Shown piece after piece: positions 9,506-18,946 of a DNA stretch of 57,459 nt. This DNA comes from Rubrobacter sp. (GTDB taxonomy: Bacteria > Actinomycetota > Rubrobacteria > Rubrobacterales > Rubrobacteraceae). The stretch covers positions 1-57,459 of the forward strand of contig DASUYY010000238.1 of the NCBI GenBank assembly GCA_036377135.1, written 5' to 3'. The notes under the pieces were generated by a model that was not told where the DNA came from, searched no databases, and saw only the letters and a list, made by a program, of their open reading frames with translations. Made by a program: the position numbers and the translations under genes. Position 1 is the first letter of the stretch. Every line of letters begins with the position of its first letter.

Positions 9506-9731
9506 CAGGGCTCCCTCTTCATCCCTGCCAGGTAGTTTGCACCACCTGCGAGACCAGGTGCAACGCCTCGCTGGCCGCCCCGGAGCATGAGAGCGACGCT
9601 ACCACCGCGACGAGTGCGGGGAGTGGCACCATGTAGAGAGCGCCCCGGAGACGGGACACTCTCTACTTCGAAGATCCGGTTTCGTGCGCGAAGGTCGCGC
9701 TCTTCCTACCCCGTGGACGGAATGGTGTACC

Positions 9732-10826
9732 TCATTGGGGGCTCTCGGCGAGTTTTACCTGGAGTGTGGTCTTCTCGCTGTTCCTGAGGATCTTCAGGTC
9801 TACAGTATCGCCTGGCTGGTAGTTTCGCAGCGCCGAGACGAGGTCGCCCGAGCTACGGATCTCTTGCGAGCCAGCGGCGGTTACGATGTCGCCGCGCCGT
9901 ACTCCGGCGGCGTCGGCGGGACCGCCAGGCTCTACCCTCTCGACCAGCGCCCCGGAATCTACGGGACTTCCGAACCTCTTCGCGGTCTCAGTGGTGAGGT
10001 CGGAGAGGTATACGCCGAGGTAGGGGTGGACGGCCTCACCGTTCTTGATCAGCTGGTCTGCAACAGAGACCGCCGTGTCAGAAGGTATGGCGAACCCGAT
10101 GTTCTCGGCCCCGGTCTGGCCCGGCGGCAGGTAGGCGACGTTTATACCGATGACCTCGCCTTTGCGGTTCGCCAGGGCGCCGCCCGAGTTGCCAGGCGAG
10201 ATGGCGGCGTCGGTCTGGATCAGGTCTACCAGTGAGTTGTCCTGCCTCCCCCCGGTGTACTCGGCGGGGACCTCGCGCCCTATGCCGCTGATGATGCCTG
10301 ACGTGACGGTGGACTCGAAGCCGGAAGGGCTGCCTGCGGCGACCGCCAGCTGTCCGACTACGGGATCTCCGCTCGCGAAGCTCGCGGCGGGCAGGTTATT
10401 GCGGTCCACCTTGACGACGGCGATGTCCGTCGTCGGGTCGGTGCCGACGACCTGCCCGCGCTCCGTAGTGCCGTCGGCGAAGGCGACCTCCACATCGCGC
10501 GAGCCCTCGACGACGTGGTTGTTGGTGATGATGTAGCCGTCGGAGCGGTAGATCACACCGCTCCCGATCCCCTCCTGCTTCTGCGCCCCGAGAGGCGTCT
10601 GCTGGACTCCGGTGACGTTGATCTGCACTACCGAAGGACTGAGTACGGAGGCTACCTTGGCAACGGGTTCGTTGGCCGGGATGTCCGCAGGGGCCGACTT
10701 GACCGGATCGGCGGTCTGCGTCCGGCCCGTTCCGGGGTCGAGGTAGATGACGCCGAGTACGAATGCGACCATCGCCAGGACCGTAAGCGGTACCAGTATG
10801 GAACGCTGTAGAGTGTGTCCCTTCAT
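9732..10826 (-). CDS. HtrA/DegP-like S1C serine protease with one PDZ domain
   Basis: N-terminal TM; TNNHVV, DIAV, GNSGG motifs; C-terminal PDZ. Confidence 0.95.
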   Translation of the reverse strand: MKGHTLQRSILVPLTVLAMVAFVLGVIYLDPGTGRTQTADPVKSAPADIPANEPVAKVASVLSPSVVQINVTGVQQTPLGAQKQEGIGSGVIYRSDGYIITNNHVVEGSRDVEVAFADGTTERGQVVGTDPTTDIAVVKVDRNNLPAASFASGDPVVGQLAVAAGSPSGFESTVTSGIISGIGREVPAEYTGGRQDNSLVDLIQTDAAISPGNSGGALANRKGEVIGINVAYLPPGQTGAENIGFAIPSDTAVSVADQLIKNGEAVHPYLGVYLSDLTTETAKRFGSPVDSGALVERVEPGGPADAAGVRRGDIVTAAGSQEIRSSGDLVSALRNYQPGDTVDLKILRNSEKTTLQVKLAESPQ

Positions 10827-11683
10827 ACCGTTACCTCCCCGAGACCATTGCCTCGTGTCCCCGGTTCCAGAAGTGCTCTGAGAAGTCGCTCAGCCCTGCG
10901 CTGCGCCCGCCTTACCGCTTTCTCTGAGATGCCGAGCTTCGCCGAGAGCTCACGCACGGTCGCTTTTGTGCCCTTGTCCAGGCCGTAGCGGCGCACCAGG
11001 ACGAGGCGCTCGCGCTCTGGCAGCCGGCGCATGGCCTCCTGTAGTTGCATGCTCTCCCTGAGGTCAAGGTCGTGAGGCTCCTGTTCCTCCACGAGGTCCA
11101 CGAGTCTGCGGGCGCCTGCTTCGGGACCGAGGGTCTGGTCGAGGCTAGAGACCTCGGGTACGGATTCCAGGACGGCGTTGACCTTCTCTACCTCCCATCC
11201 GAGGCGGCGTGAGATCTCCTCTCCTGTGGGTTCGCGGTGGAGCTCCGCCACCAGCTCGCCCTGTGTCTTGCGGATCTTGCGAAGCTTCTCGTTCATGTGG
11301 GCTGGGAGCCGGATCTCACGCCCCTTGTCCCCAAGGGCCCGCTGGATCGACTGGCGGATCCACCACGTCGCGTATGTGGAGAAACGGTTGCCCTTCTCCG
11401 GGTCGTACTTGTCTACCGCCTTCATGAGCCCGATGTTCCCCTCCTGGATCAGGTCCTCGAAGGGCAGACCCTGCCCGCGATACTTCTTGGCCACCGAGAC
11501 CGTAAGCCGCAGGTTCTTTTCGACGAGCCGACGGCGGGCCTCGCGGTCGCCGCTCCTGGCCCTGCGCCCCAGCTCCACCTCCTCTCTGTGACTCAGGAGC
11601 TCGCCTCTGCCGATGCGCGCCATGTACGCCGCTAGAAGCCCCGGAGCTTCCGTCTCCCTGTATGTCCTCGGATAAGTCGCCAA
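10823..11683 (-). CDS. Alternative sigma-70 factor (regions 1.2-4, no region 1.1)
   Basis: [39 protein letters not shown] motifs; GGAGG then TTG start; ATGA overlap with the protease gene. Confidence 0.93.
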   Translation of the reverse strand: MATYPRTYRETEAPGLLAAYMARIGRGELLSHREEVELGRRARSGDREARRRLVEKNLRLTVSVAKKYRGQGLPFEDLIQEGNIGLMKAVDKYDPEKGNRFSTYATWWIRQSIQRALGDKGREIRLPAHMNEKLRKIRKTQGELVAELHREPTGEEISRRLGWEVEKVNAVLESVPEVSSLDQTLGPEAGARRLVDLVEEQEPHDLDLRESMQLQEAMRRLPERERLVLVRRYGLDKGTKATVRELSAKLGISEKAVRRAQRRAERLLRALLEPGTRGNGLGEVTV

Positions 11684-11817
11684 CTCTCCTCCCTCTGGTG
11701 TGTGATCTCTGCTCCATAGCCTGAACCTCCAATATGTGAAGAGTCTTTGCGGTCAATGAGGGTTTTCACAGGAAAGGGCGTACACAGGACACAATCGTCG
11801 CAGAGAGGCGATAATGA

Positions 11818-12513
11818 GTGGCGATGCGGATACTGGTCGTAGAGGATGAAGAGAGGCTGGCGCGCCTGATCTCACGGGTCCTCACGGAGGAGGGCTACGC
11901 CGTGGAGACTGAGGCCAACGGCCGGCAGGCGCTCATGCGAGCACTCGCCGGCGAACACGACCTCCTGATCGTTGACTGGATGCTCCCTGACCTGAGCGGG
12001 GTCCAGATGGTGAAGAGGCTCAGGGCCGCTGAGGTAGGGACGCCCGTGATCATGCTCACCGCCCGCGACCAGATCGAAGACCGCGTGGAGGGCCTTGACG
12101 CCGGCGCAGATGACTATCTCCCCAAGCCCTTCGCCTTCCCCGAACTCCTCGCCCGCGTGCGGGCCCTCACCCGCCGTCCAAGGGGCGATGAGAAAGACGG
12201 CGCGGTCCTGAGGGCCGGCGACGTTACTCTCGACCCCGTGCGCCACGTGGTCCGCCACGGGGGGGAAGCCGTGGACCTGACGGCCAAGGAGTTCGCGCTG
12301 CTCGCCACCCTGCTCCAGCGCCCTGGGCAGATATTCACCCGCTCGGTCCTGCTCGACACCGTGTGGGGAGCCTCGCCCGAGGTCTACGCCAACGTCGTCG
12401 ACCTCTACGTCTCCTACCTGCGTAAAAAGCTCGATCGTGAGGGCGGCGCCTCGCACATCCGAACCGTCCGCGGCGTCGGTTACACCTTCGAGCCACAGCC
12501 AGGGCCGCGCTGA
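11818..12513 (+). CDS. OmpR/PhoB family response regulator
   Basis: Receiver plus winged-helix domain (IRTVRGVGY). True start may be ATG 11824. Confidence 0.95.
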   Translation: MAMRILVVEDEERLARLISRVLTEEGYAVETEANGRQALMRALAGEHDLLIVDWMLPDLSGVQMVKRLRAAEVGTPVIMLTARDQIEDRVEGLDAGADDYLPKPFAFPELLARVRALTRRPRGDEKDGAVLRAGDVTLDPVRHVVRHGGEAVDLTAKEFALLATLLQRPGQIFTRSVLLDTVWGASPEVYANVVDLYVSYLRKKLDREGGASHIRTVRGVGYTFEPQPGPR

Positions 12514-13769
12514 TGTTCGATCATATCCGGCGGCGCCTGACGATGGGCTATGTGGGTATCCTGGCGCTCATCCTTCTGATCTTCGGGATCGTCGTTGTAA
12601 TTAGCTTCCAGAGGCAGGTGAGCATTCAGCAGGACAAGTTACTGGATCAAAAAGTAAAAAGCCTCGTAAACGGGTCTCTGTCAAGCACGGATCAAACCGC
12701 CATACTCGAAGATCCCAACAGCTACGGCTGGGTCATCCTCACACCCGATGGGCAAACGCTCGACCAGAACGCGAGTGCTGCTTCCCTCGGACTCCCTTCA
12801 GACCGGCTGGCCCGGGAATCTCTGCACAAACAGGAGATGGTCTCAGCGACGATCAGAGGCTCGGAGGGTGAAGTGCGGGTGACGAGTTCGCCCGCGGTGC
12901 AGTCGGGGTCGCTGGTCGTCTTGCAGGTCGCGAGGTCGCCTTCGGTCGTCCAGGGGATAGTAGACCGTCTGATCCTCGTTCTTGTTATCACGGGTCTTGG
13001 GGCCCTGGTGCTGGCGGCCGCTGGCGGACTGTTCATATCGCGGCGGGCGATGCGGCCCGTTCAGGAGGCGTTCGGCAGGCAGCGGACGTTCATCGCCGAC
13101 GCCTCCCACGAGCTGAAGACTCCACTCACCCTGATCCGGGCCGACGCCGAGGTCCTCTCCCGCGGCCTCGACGGCCCGAACAAGGCCTCAGACAACCGAG
13201 AGCTCGTCGACGACCTGCTCGGCGAGACCGACAGGATGAGCGCCGTGCTCTCCGACCTCCTGCTCCTCGCGCGTCTGGACGCGGATAAGATCTCCGTCTC
13301 CCGCGAACCTTTCGACCTCGCGCTCGTCCTCTCCGAGACCTCGGAGCGCTTCGCGGCCCGCGCCGTCGCCGAGGACAAGAACCTCGAGATACACCACTCA
13401 GGCAAGCTCCCGGCGCGCGGCGACGCGGCCCGTACAGACCAGATACTCGCCGCCCTACTCGACAACGCCCTCCGCTTCACGCCCGCAGGCGGAACGATAA
13501 CGGTAGAGGGCCGCATCGTGGACAGGCGGGTCGAGGCGAGGGTTACGGATACCGGACCTGGAATCGCCCCAGATAGCCTGGACCGCGTCTTCGAGCGTTT
13601 CTACAGGGCGGACGCACACAGCGCCGCCAGGACCAGGGGCCCCTCGGGCGGCGGTACCGGCCTTGGTCTCGCCATCGCCCACGACCTTGCCCGCACCCAG
13701 GGCGGCCACCTCATCGCCGCAAACGCCGACAAGGGCGGGGCCACCTTCACGCTCGTCCTGCCCTCCTGA
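12513..13769 (+). CDS. Membrane sensor histidine kinase
   Basis: 2 TM segments; ASHELKTP H box; N, G1, F and G2 boxes. Confidence 0.95.
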   Translation: MFDHIRRRLTMGYVGILALILLIFGIVVVISFQRQVSIQQDKLLDQKVKSLVNGSLSSTDQTAILEDPNSYGWVILTPDGQTLDQNASAASLGLPSDRLARESLHKQEMVSATIRGSEGEVRVTSSPAVQSGSLVVLQVARSPSVVQGIVDRLILVLVITGLGALVLAAAGGLFISRRAMRPVQEAFGRQRTFIADASHELKTPLTLIRADAEVLSRGLDGPNKASDNRELVDDLLGETDRMSAVLSDLLLLARLDADKISVSREPFDLALVLSETSERFAARAVAEDKNLEIHHSGKLPARGDAARTDQILAALLDNALRFTPAGGTITVEGRIVDRRVEARVTDTGPGIAPDSLDRVFERFYRADAHSAARTRGPSGGGTGLGLAIAHDLARTQGGHLIAANADKGGATFTLVLPS

Positions 13770-13772
13770 GAG

Positions 13773-13806
13773 CGGCATGCAAAAGGATCGATCCTTTTGC
13801 ATGCCG
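13773..13806. repeat. Perfect 34-bp palindrome between convergent genes
   Basis: CGGCATGCAAAAGGATCGATCCTTTTGCATGCCG equals its own reverse complement. Confidence 0.9.
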
Positions 13807-13887
13807 GGCTACAGGCATCAGGTGTCAACGCCGCTGTGAGTTTCTCGTTCAGACGCGATTCTTGTTCTCTTGGGCCGTTAGCAAGAT

Positions 13888-14961
13888 CTACTCTTGCCAG
13901 GTTTCGCGCAGCACCCTGACCCAGTTCTCGTGTGCCAGCTTCTTCAACTCCGCCTCGCCGTAGCCGTGTCCTCGCAGGGCCGCGAGGAGCTTCGGCAGAC
14001 CGGAGACGTCCCTTATCTCTCCTGGTACCTTCGCCCCGTCGAAGTCCGAGCCGAACCCTACCCGCTCGATGCCGACGCGCCCGACGAGGTAGTCCACGTG
14101 ACGCACGACCGTCTCTAGCGGGGTGTCTTCCGATTCGCCCCCGTCCTCGCGCAGGAATCCGACGGCGAAGTTGACGCCGACCATCCCGTCCGAGTCCCTG
14201 ATGGCGTCGAGTTGTTCGTCCGTCAGATTGCGCGACGTGGGGCAGAGGGCGTGCGCGTTCGAGTGGGTCGCAACCAGCGGCGCTTCGGAGAGCTTCGCCA
14301 CGTCCCAGAATCCTCGTTCGTTCAGGTGGGAGAGGTCGATCAGGACTCCAAGCCGGTTGCACTCCCTGACGAGCTCTTTTCCTGCTCCAGTGAGCCCTGA
14401 ACCCGTGTCCGGCGAGGACGGAAACCTGAAAGGGACGCCGTTGGCGTAGTCGTTGGGCCTGCTCCACACGAGCCCGAGCGAGCGGAGGCCCGTCTCATAG
14501 AGTCCTTCCAGCGCTCCAGCGTCGGGGCCTAGATTCTCAGCGCCTTCGAAGTGCAGGATGGCCGCTATGGTCCCGTCGTGCAGGCACCCTTCGAGCTCGT
14601 CAGCCGTACGCACGATCCTGAGCCCACCCTCGGACTCCAGCCTGAACAGGCCGGCCACCAGCTCGTCGGCGAAGCTCCTTGCGTAGTTAGGGTCGAGCCG
14701 CGGTGCGTCCGAGACCTCGTAGCCGTTCTCGGTGATCTCGAGCGCCGATTCCTCGGTCCAGCCGTCGTCGTCGGGGTTGGGAGTATAGCAGGCGAAGAAG
14801 CCGCCACCGAAGCCGCCCTCGCGGGCCCTCGGCAGGTCGATGTGGCCCCGCTCGCCGCGCTCGAAGAAGGAGCGCCCTTCGCCACGATCGGGGAGGTGGA
14901 GGTTGAGCAGCGTGTCGTTGTGACCGTCGAAGACGGGTGTATCGTCCATCCAGTAGATCAT
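13888..14961 (-). CDS. M19 family (membrane dipeptidase-like) peptidase
   Basis: DGHND, HFEGA, DLSH, ATHSN, GSDFDG motifs. Confidence 0.95.
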   Translation of the reverse strand: MIYWMDDTPVFDGHNDTLLNLHLPDRGEGRSFFERGERGHIDLPRAREGGFGGGFFACYTPNPDDDGWTEESALEITENGYEVSDAPRLDPNYARSFADELVAGLFRLESEGGLRIVRTADELEGCLHDGTIAAILHFEGAENLGPDAGALEGLYETGLRSLGLVWSRPNDYANGVPFRFPSSPDTGSGLTGAGKELVRECNRLGVLIDLSHLNERGFWDVAKLSEAPLVATHSNAHALCPTSRNLTDEQLDAIRDSDGMVGVNFAVGFLREDGGESEDTPLETVVRHVDYLVGRVGIERVGFGSDFDGAKVPGEIRDVSGLPKLLAALRGHGYGEAELKKLAHENWVRVLRETWQE

Positions 14962-15036
14962 ACAGGCCGTGTCCTGCAGTATCTCGCCCTCCGGGCGTGA
15001 ATCGAGGAGGTTCGATGCCGCGCCAGAGGTGTTCTG

Positions 15037-15431
15037 TCAGGGGTGCTCCCGAGATGATCGCCTCGCGAGATGTTCCCTCGCTTCGCGGACGAAGACCTCT
15101 CCCTCTTCGATCAAACCACGAATCGTATCGGGTTGCAGCGAAGGATCTGTGGAGTAATCTGCCAATTGCCGCAGGGTGAAGGCGCGTCGGATGAGCCGAT
15201 GGAAGCGAGGATCGAGCACCTCGTTTCTGGCGAATTGCAGCCCGTACCGGGAGATGACCTGTGCGTGTCGGGAGAAGCCCAACCCTTTCGAGAGCAGCAG
15301 AGCTTCGGCGACGTAGAAGTACCATAGTAAGCTCTCGAAGCGGCGAAGTCTGTGTCTCCCGCTTCCAACAAGCGCCTGGCTGCTCCGAAGGAGCGTTCGG
15401 CTTTGGCAAGTAGAGCCTCGGCTTCGTTTAA
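15037..15431 (-). pseudogene. HEPN-domain gene of an MNT-HEPN pair, frameshifted
   Basis: Joined frames read LNEAEALLAKAERSF...ASRAYYG/FYVAEALL...H..VIS...RQLADY. One base is missing at about 15320, and the expected start position reads TTA. Confidence 0.85.
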
Positions 15432-15784
15432 GAGAGTGAGATACCCTCTACTCGTGCGTTGCGGAGGAAAGGTTGTTCGGAGTTTTGGTAGCCCTCAACG
15501 CTCACCGGCAGGAGCGAGATGGTGTAGCCGGCTTCCAGTGAGAGCGGCCATTCGACTTCTTCCGCCCGTAGCAGCTCGCGGGTCGTGTTTACGTCACCTT
15601 CCAGGAGGAGCAATAAGCCTACGTCGCTTCCTTCGTCGGCCTCACCGCGGGCATAGGAGCCGTAGAGCCCCATGTCCCGGTACCGTTCGCCGTACAACTC
15701 TTTGAGTTCGAGTGCCAGACGCTCCAGAAGCACGCTCAGATCATCCGGAAGCTGCTCTATGACCCTGGCACGCGCGGAATCCAT
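15428..15784 (-). CDS. Minimal nucleotidyltransferase (MNT), catalytic motif altered
   Basis: LYGSYARGE...SDVGLL where SDxDL is canonical; directly upstream of the HEPN gene. Confidence 0.85.
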   Translation of the reverse strand: MDSARARVIEQLPDDLSVLLERLALELKELYGERYRDMGLYGSYARGEADEGSDVGLLLLLEGDVNTTRELLRAEEVEWPLSLEAGYTISLLPVSVEGYQNSEQPFLRNARVEGISLS

Positions 15785-15836
15785 ACCTTCGTTCTACCCG
15801 AGGCAAATAATCGTCAGCATGCCCGGGAATGCGAAA

Positions 15837-15858
15837 GGCGGGGGCTGCAGCCCCCGCC
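15837..15858 (-). terminator. Intrinsic terminator of the cysM-moeZ operon
   Basis: GGCGGGGGCT/AGCCCCCGCC stem followed by TTT on the minus strand. Confidence 0.65.
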
Positions 15859-15878
15859 CAGAGCAACGCTGGATCCGG

Positions 15879-17063
15879 CTAGTACTTGGGTACGCTGGGG
15901 TCTATCTCCTCGCTCCAGGCTGTGATGCCGCCCTTCACGTTGTAGACGTTCTCGAAGCCCGCGTCCTGCAAGAGCTTGACGGCCCTTGCGCTTCGGGCGC
16001 CGGTCTTGCAGTGGATGGCGAGGATGTCGTCCTGCTCCAGCTCTACCAGGCGCTGCGGTAACTCGCCAAGGGGAATGAGCCTCACGCCGATGTTCGCGAC
16101 CTCGTACTCGTGTGGCTCGCGCACGTCGAGCACGTTGATGTCCTCGCTGTTGTCGAGCTTCTGCTTGAGCTCTTCGACTGTGATCTCAGGCACGCCGTTC
16201 TCCTGCTCGGCGGCGTTGGCCTGCGGGATGCCGCAGAACTCCTGGTAGTCGATCAGCTCGGTGACTGTCGGGTTCTCGCCGCAGACGGGGCAGTTCGGGT
16301 CCTTGCGGAGCTTCATCTCGCGGAAGCGCATACCAAGCGCATCGTAGAGAAGGAGGCGCCCGATGAGGGGCTCGCCGATCCCGAGCAGGAGCTTGACGGT
16401 CTCTGTCGCCTGGATGGTTCCTATGGCGCCTGGCAGAATACCGAGCACCCCACCCTCGGCGCAGCTCGGGACGAGTCCCGGCGGCGGCGGCTCTGGGTAG
16501 AGGCAGCGGTAGCAAGGACCTTCCTCGGCGTAGAAGACGCTAGCCTGGCCCTCGAAGCGGAAGATCGAGCCGTAGACGTTCGGCTTATTCAAGAGGACGC
16601 ACGCGTCGTTCACCAGGTAGCGCGTCGGGAAGTTATCCGTGCCGTCAACGATCACGTCGTAGTCCTCGAAGATCTCGAACGCGTTCTCGCTCGTGAGCGC
16701 CTCTTCATGGACCCTGACCTCGACGTTCGGGTTTATGTCCTTGAGCTTGTCGTAGGCACTATCGACCTTCGGGCGTCCCACGTCCGAGGTGCCGTGGATG
16801 ATCTGGCGTTGCAGGTTCGACTCGTCAACGACATCGAAGTCGACGATCCCGATGGTCCCGGCCCCCGCCGCCGCGAGATAGAGGGCGAGCGGGCTCCCGA
16901 GTCCGCCCGTTCCGACCGTGAGCACCTTCGCCGCCTTGAGCTTCTTCTGCCCTTCGAGGGCGACCTCGGGCATGATCAGATGCCTGCTGTAACGCGCGAT
17001 CTCCTCATTGCTGAGCTCTACCGACCCGTTGGGCGACTCTACTAATGGCTGTCTTGTCTGCAT
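15879..17063 (-). CDS. moeZ: MoeB/MoeZ adenylyltransferase with C-terminal rhodanese domain
   Basis: RYSRH, GTGGLG, SNLQRQ, DGTDNF, CYRC, SCAEGG, CPVC motifs; rhodanese DVRE...HCKTGARS. Confidence 0.93.
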   Translation of the reverse strand: MQTRQPLVESPNGSVELSNEEIARYSRHLIMPEVALEGQKKLKAAKVLTVGTGGLGSPLALYLAAAGAGTIGIVDFDVVDESNLQRQIIHGTSDVGRPKVDSAYDKLKDINPNVEVRVHEEALTSENAFEIFEDYDVIVDGTDNFPTRYLVNDACVLLNKPNVYGSIFRFEGQASVFYAEEGPCYRCLYPEPPPPGLVPSCAEGGVLGILPGAIGTIQATETVKLLLGIGEPLIGRLLLYDALGMRFREMKLRKDPNCPVCGENPTVTELIDYQEFCGIPQANAAEQENGVPEITVEELKQKLDNSEDINVLDVREPHEYEVANIGVRLIPLGELPQRLVELEQDDILAIHCKTGARSARAVKLLQDAGFENVYNVKGGITAWSEEIDPSVPKY

Positions 17064-17122
17064 CTAAAGGAACCTCTTGTTCTAAGAAGAAATGGGACTC
17101 TGAAGAAATTAGAGTGTGAAAA

Positions 17123-17416
17123 CTACTTACATCGCCTTCCGGCTGAGCCTCCGGCGATGGAGGGGATGATGGAGAGCTCGTCGCCCTCGGCGACCTCTGT
17201 GTCCTGCCCTTCGAGATAGCGGATGTCCTCATCGCCCTTGTAGACGTTGACGAACGAGCGGAGCTGTCCGTCGCCCGTATACAAATGCTGCTTGAGGTCG
17301 GGGTGCTCCGAGGCGAGGTTCCCGAGGGCCTCGCCAGCGGTGGCACCGCCGACCTCGACCTCGTTGTTGCCGCCGGTGTACTGCCTCAAGGGGGTTGGGA
17401 TCTTGACCTTCGGCAT
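17123..17416 (-). CDS. cysO: MoaD/ThiS-family sulfur carrier (CysO-like) with C-terminal extension
   Basis: IPTPLR...FVNVY...DIRYL...IIPSIAGG followed by SAGRRCK; AAGGAG RBS before ATG 17416. Confidence 0.88.
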   Translation of the reverse strand: MPKVKIPTPLRQYTGGNNEVEVGGATAGEALGNLASEHPDLKQHLYTGDGQLRSFVNVYKGDEDIRYLEGQDTEVAEGDELSIIPSIAGGSAGRRCK

Positions 17417-17433
17417 GGCTCTAAGCTCCTTCT

Positions 17434-17853
17434 TTATCCTACTATCGGCTCTTCTTCGTAGCCCGTGCGGTCGTCTCTTAGAGTCCACGAGCGCATGTCT
17501 TGCACGTTCTCACCGCTCACCGAGGTTATCACGTATGAGTAGCCCGGCCATGCGTGCTCGCGGTCGTACTCGGAGGGCTCGGCGGGATGATCGGGGTGCG
17601 AATGGTAGAAACCGAGAAGTCCCATGTCCCGCTCCTCGGCCTGCTCTTCGAACTTCTTTATCGTGAGCGGCTCTATGAGGAAGCGGCGGCTGCGCTCCTC
17701 CTCGTGTGTGTTCTCGGCCCGCCACACGTCAACGACGACCTTGATGCCGCCGTTGTCGATACCGACCAGCGCGCCGGCGCACTCCTCGGGATACGCTTCC
17801 TGCGCGTGATCGTGGATCTGCCCGACGTCCCCCGCGCCTATCTTGAGCGGCAA
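17434..17853 (-). CDS. mec: JAMM/M67 metallopeptidase (Mec-like)
   Basis: PEECAG and YHSHPDHPAEPSEYD JAMM motif. Confidence 0.9.
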   Translation of the reverse strand: MPLKIGAGDVGQIHDHAQEAYPEECAGALVGIDNGGIKVVVDVWRAENTHEEERSRRFLIEPLTIKKFEEQAEERDMGLLGFYHSHPDHPAEPSEYDREHAWPGYSYVITSVSGENVQDMRSWTLRDDRTGYEEEPIVG

Positions 17854-17854
17854 C

Positions 17855-18778
17855 TTACCCCTCCCAGAAGCTCTCGGAGAGGTACTTGTCGGCCCCGTCG
17901 CACAGGATGGTGATGACCGTCCCCGACTCTATCTCCCTCGCCACACTGAGCGCCGTAGCGACCGCCGCGCCTGAGGAGATGCCGATCAAAACACCCTCCT
18001 CGCGCGCGACCCGCTTTACCATCTCGTAGGCGTCCTCGGTCCTCGCAGCCCTGTTCTGGTCGGCGATGGTCGGGTCGTAGATGGAGGGCACGATGGCGCT
18101 CTCCATGTGCTTCATGCCTTCTATGCCGTGGAAGGCCGAGTCAGGCTCGAAGGAGATGGCCTCTATCTCGGGGTTGTACTCCTTGAGCCTCGTCGCCGTG
18201 CCGACGAAGGTGCCGCTCGTGCCCAGACCAGCCACGAAGTGCGTGACTTCGCCTGCGGTCTGCTCCCAGATCTCAGGCCCCGTCGACTCGTAGTGCGAGC
18301 GTGGGTTCGCAGGGTTGGAGTACTGGTCAGGGTAGAAGTACCGCCCGGGGTCCTCAGCATACAGTCTCCGAGCCTCCCTGATGGCACCGTCGGATCCCTC
18401 GCCAGGGTCCGTCAACACGAACTCAACGCCGTAGGCCCTGAGGATCTTCTTCCGCTCTTCGCTGGCGTTCTTCGGCATGCAGAGCTTGACCTTGTATCCC
18501 AGAGCCGCACCGATCCAGGCGTACGCGATCCCCGTGTTCCCGCTCGTGGCGTCGAGGATGGTCTTCTCGGGCGACAGTGCGCCTGTCTTCTCGCCATCCC
18601 TGATCATCCACAGGGCAGGACGGTCCTTTACCGACCCGCCCGGGTTGTACCACTCAGCCTTGCCGAGGATGCGGACGCCAGGAACCTCAGCCGAGATGTT
18701 CGGCAACTCAAGGAGCGGCGTGTCGCCGACCAACTCTGTCACGTTCGTACCCGTCCACTGATTAATCCGAGTGATCAT
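17855..18778 (-). CDS. cysM: PLP-dependent cysteine synthase (CysM-like)
   Basis: NPGGSVKDR, TSGNTG, GLGTSGT motifs; clustered with mec, cysO and moeZ. Confidence 0.9.
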   Translation of the reverse strand: MITRINQWTGTNVTELVGDTPLLELPNISAEVPGVRILGKAEWYNPGGSVKDRPALWMIRDGEKTGALSPEKTILDATSGNTGIAYAWIGAALGYKVKLCMPKNASEERKKILRAYGVEFVLTDPGEGSDGAIREARRLYAEDPGRYFYPDQYSNPANPRSHYESTGPEIWEQTAGEVTHFVAGLGTSGTFVGTATRLKEYNPEIEAISFEPDSAFHGIEGMKHMESAIVPSIYDPTIADQNRAARTEDAYEMVKRVAREEGVLIGISSGAAVATALSVAREIESGTVITILCDGADKYLSESFWEG

Positions 18779-18796
18779 GTCGGGATTAATTATACA
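18761..18796 (-). promoter_or_regulatory. cysM -10 box and an imperfect palindromic operator over the start codon
   Basis: ATTAATCCGA-N9-TCGGGATTAAT at 18761-18790; TATAAT on the minus strand at 18789-18794. Confidence 0.5.
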
Positions 18797-18946
18797 GGGT
18801 GAAGGTTCGGCGTCCAGACAAGCGAGATAAGATGCCTTACCGAGATAATAGCCGAGAGGCAAGAAAAGAGCCTCCCGGCTACGGTTGGTGCGTTGCGGGG
18901 GATTATAACCGAACTCTGTATTGCGATTCTATACTTAGAGCGCCAA

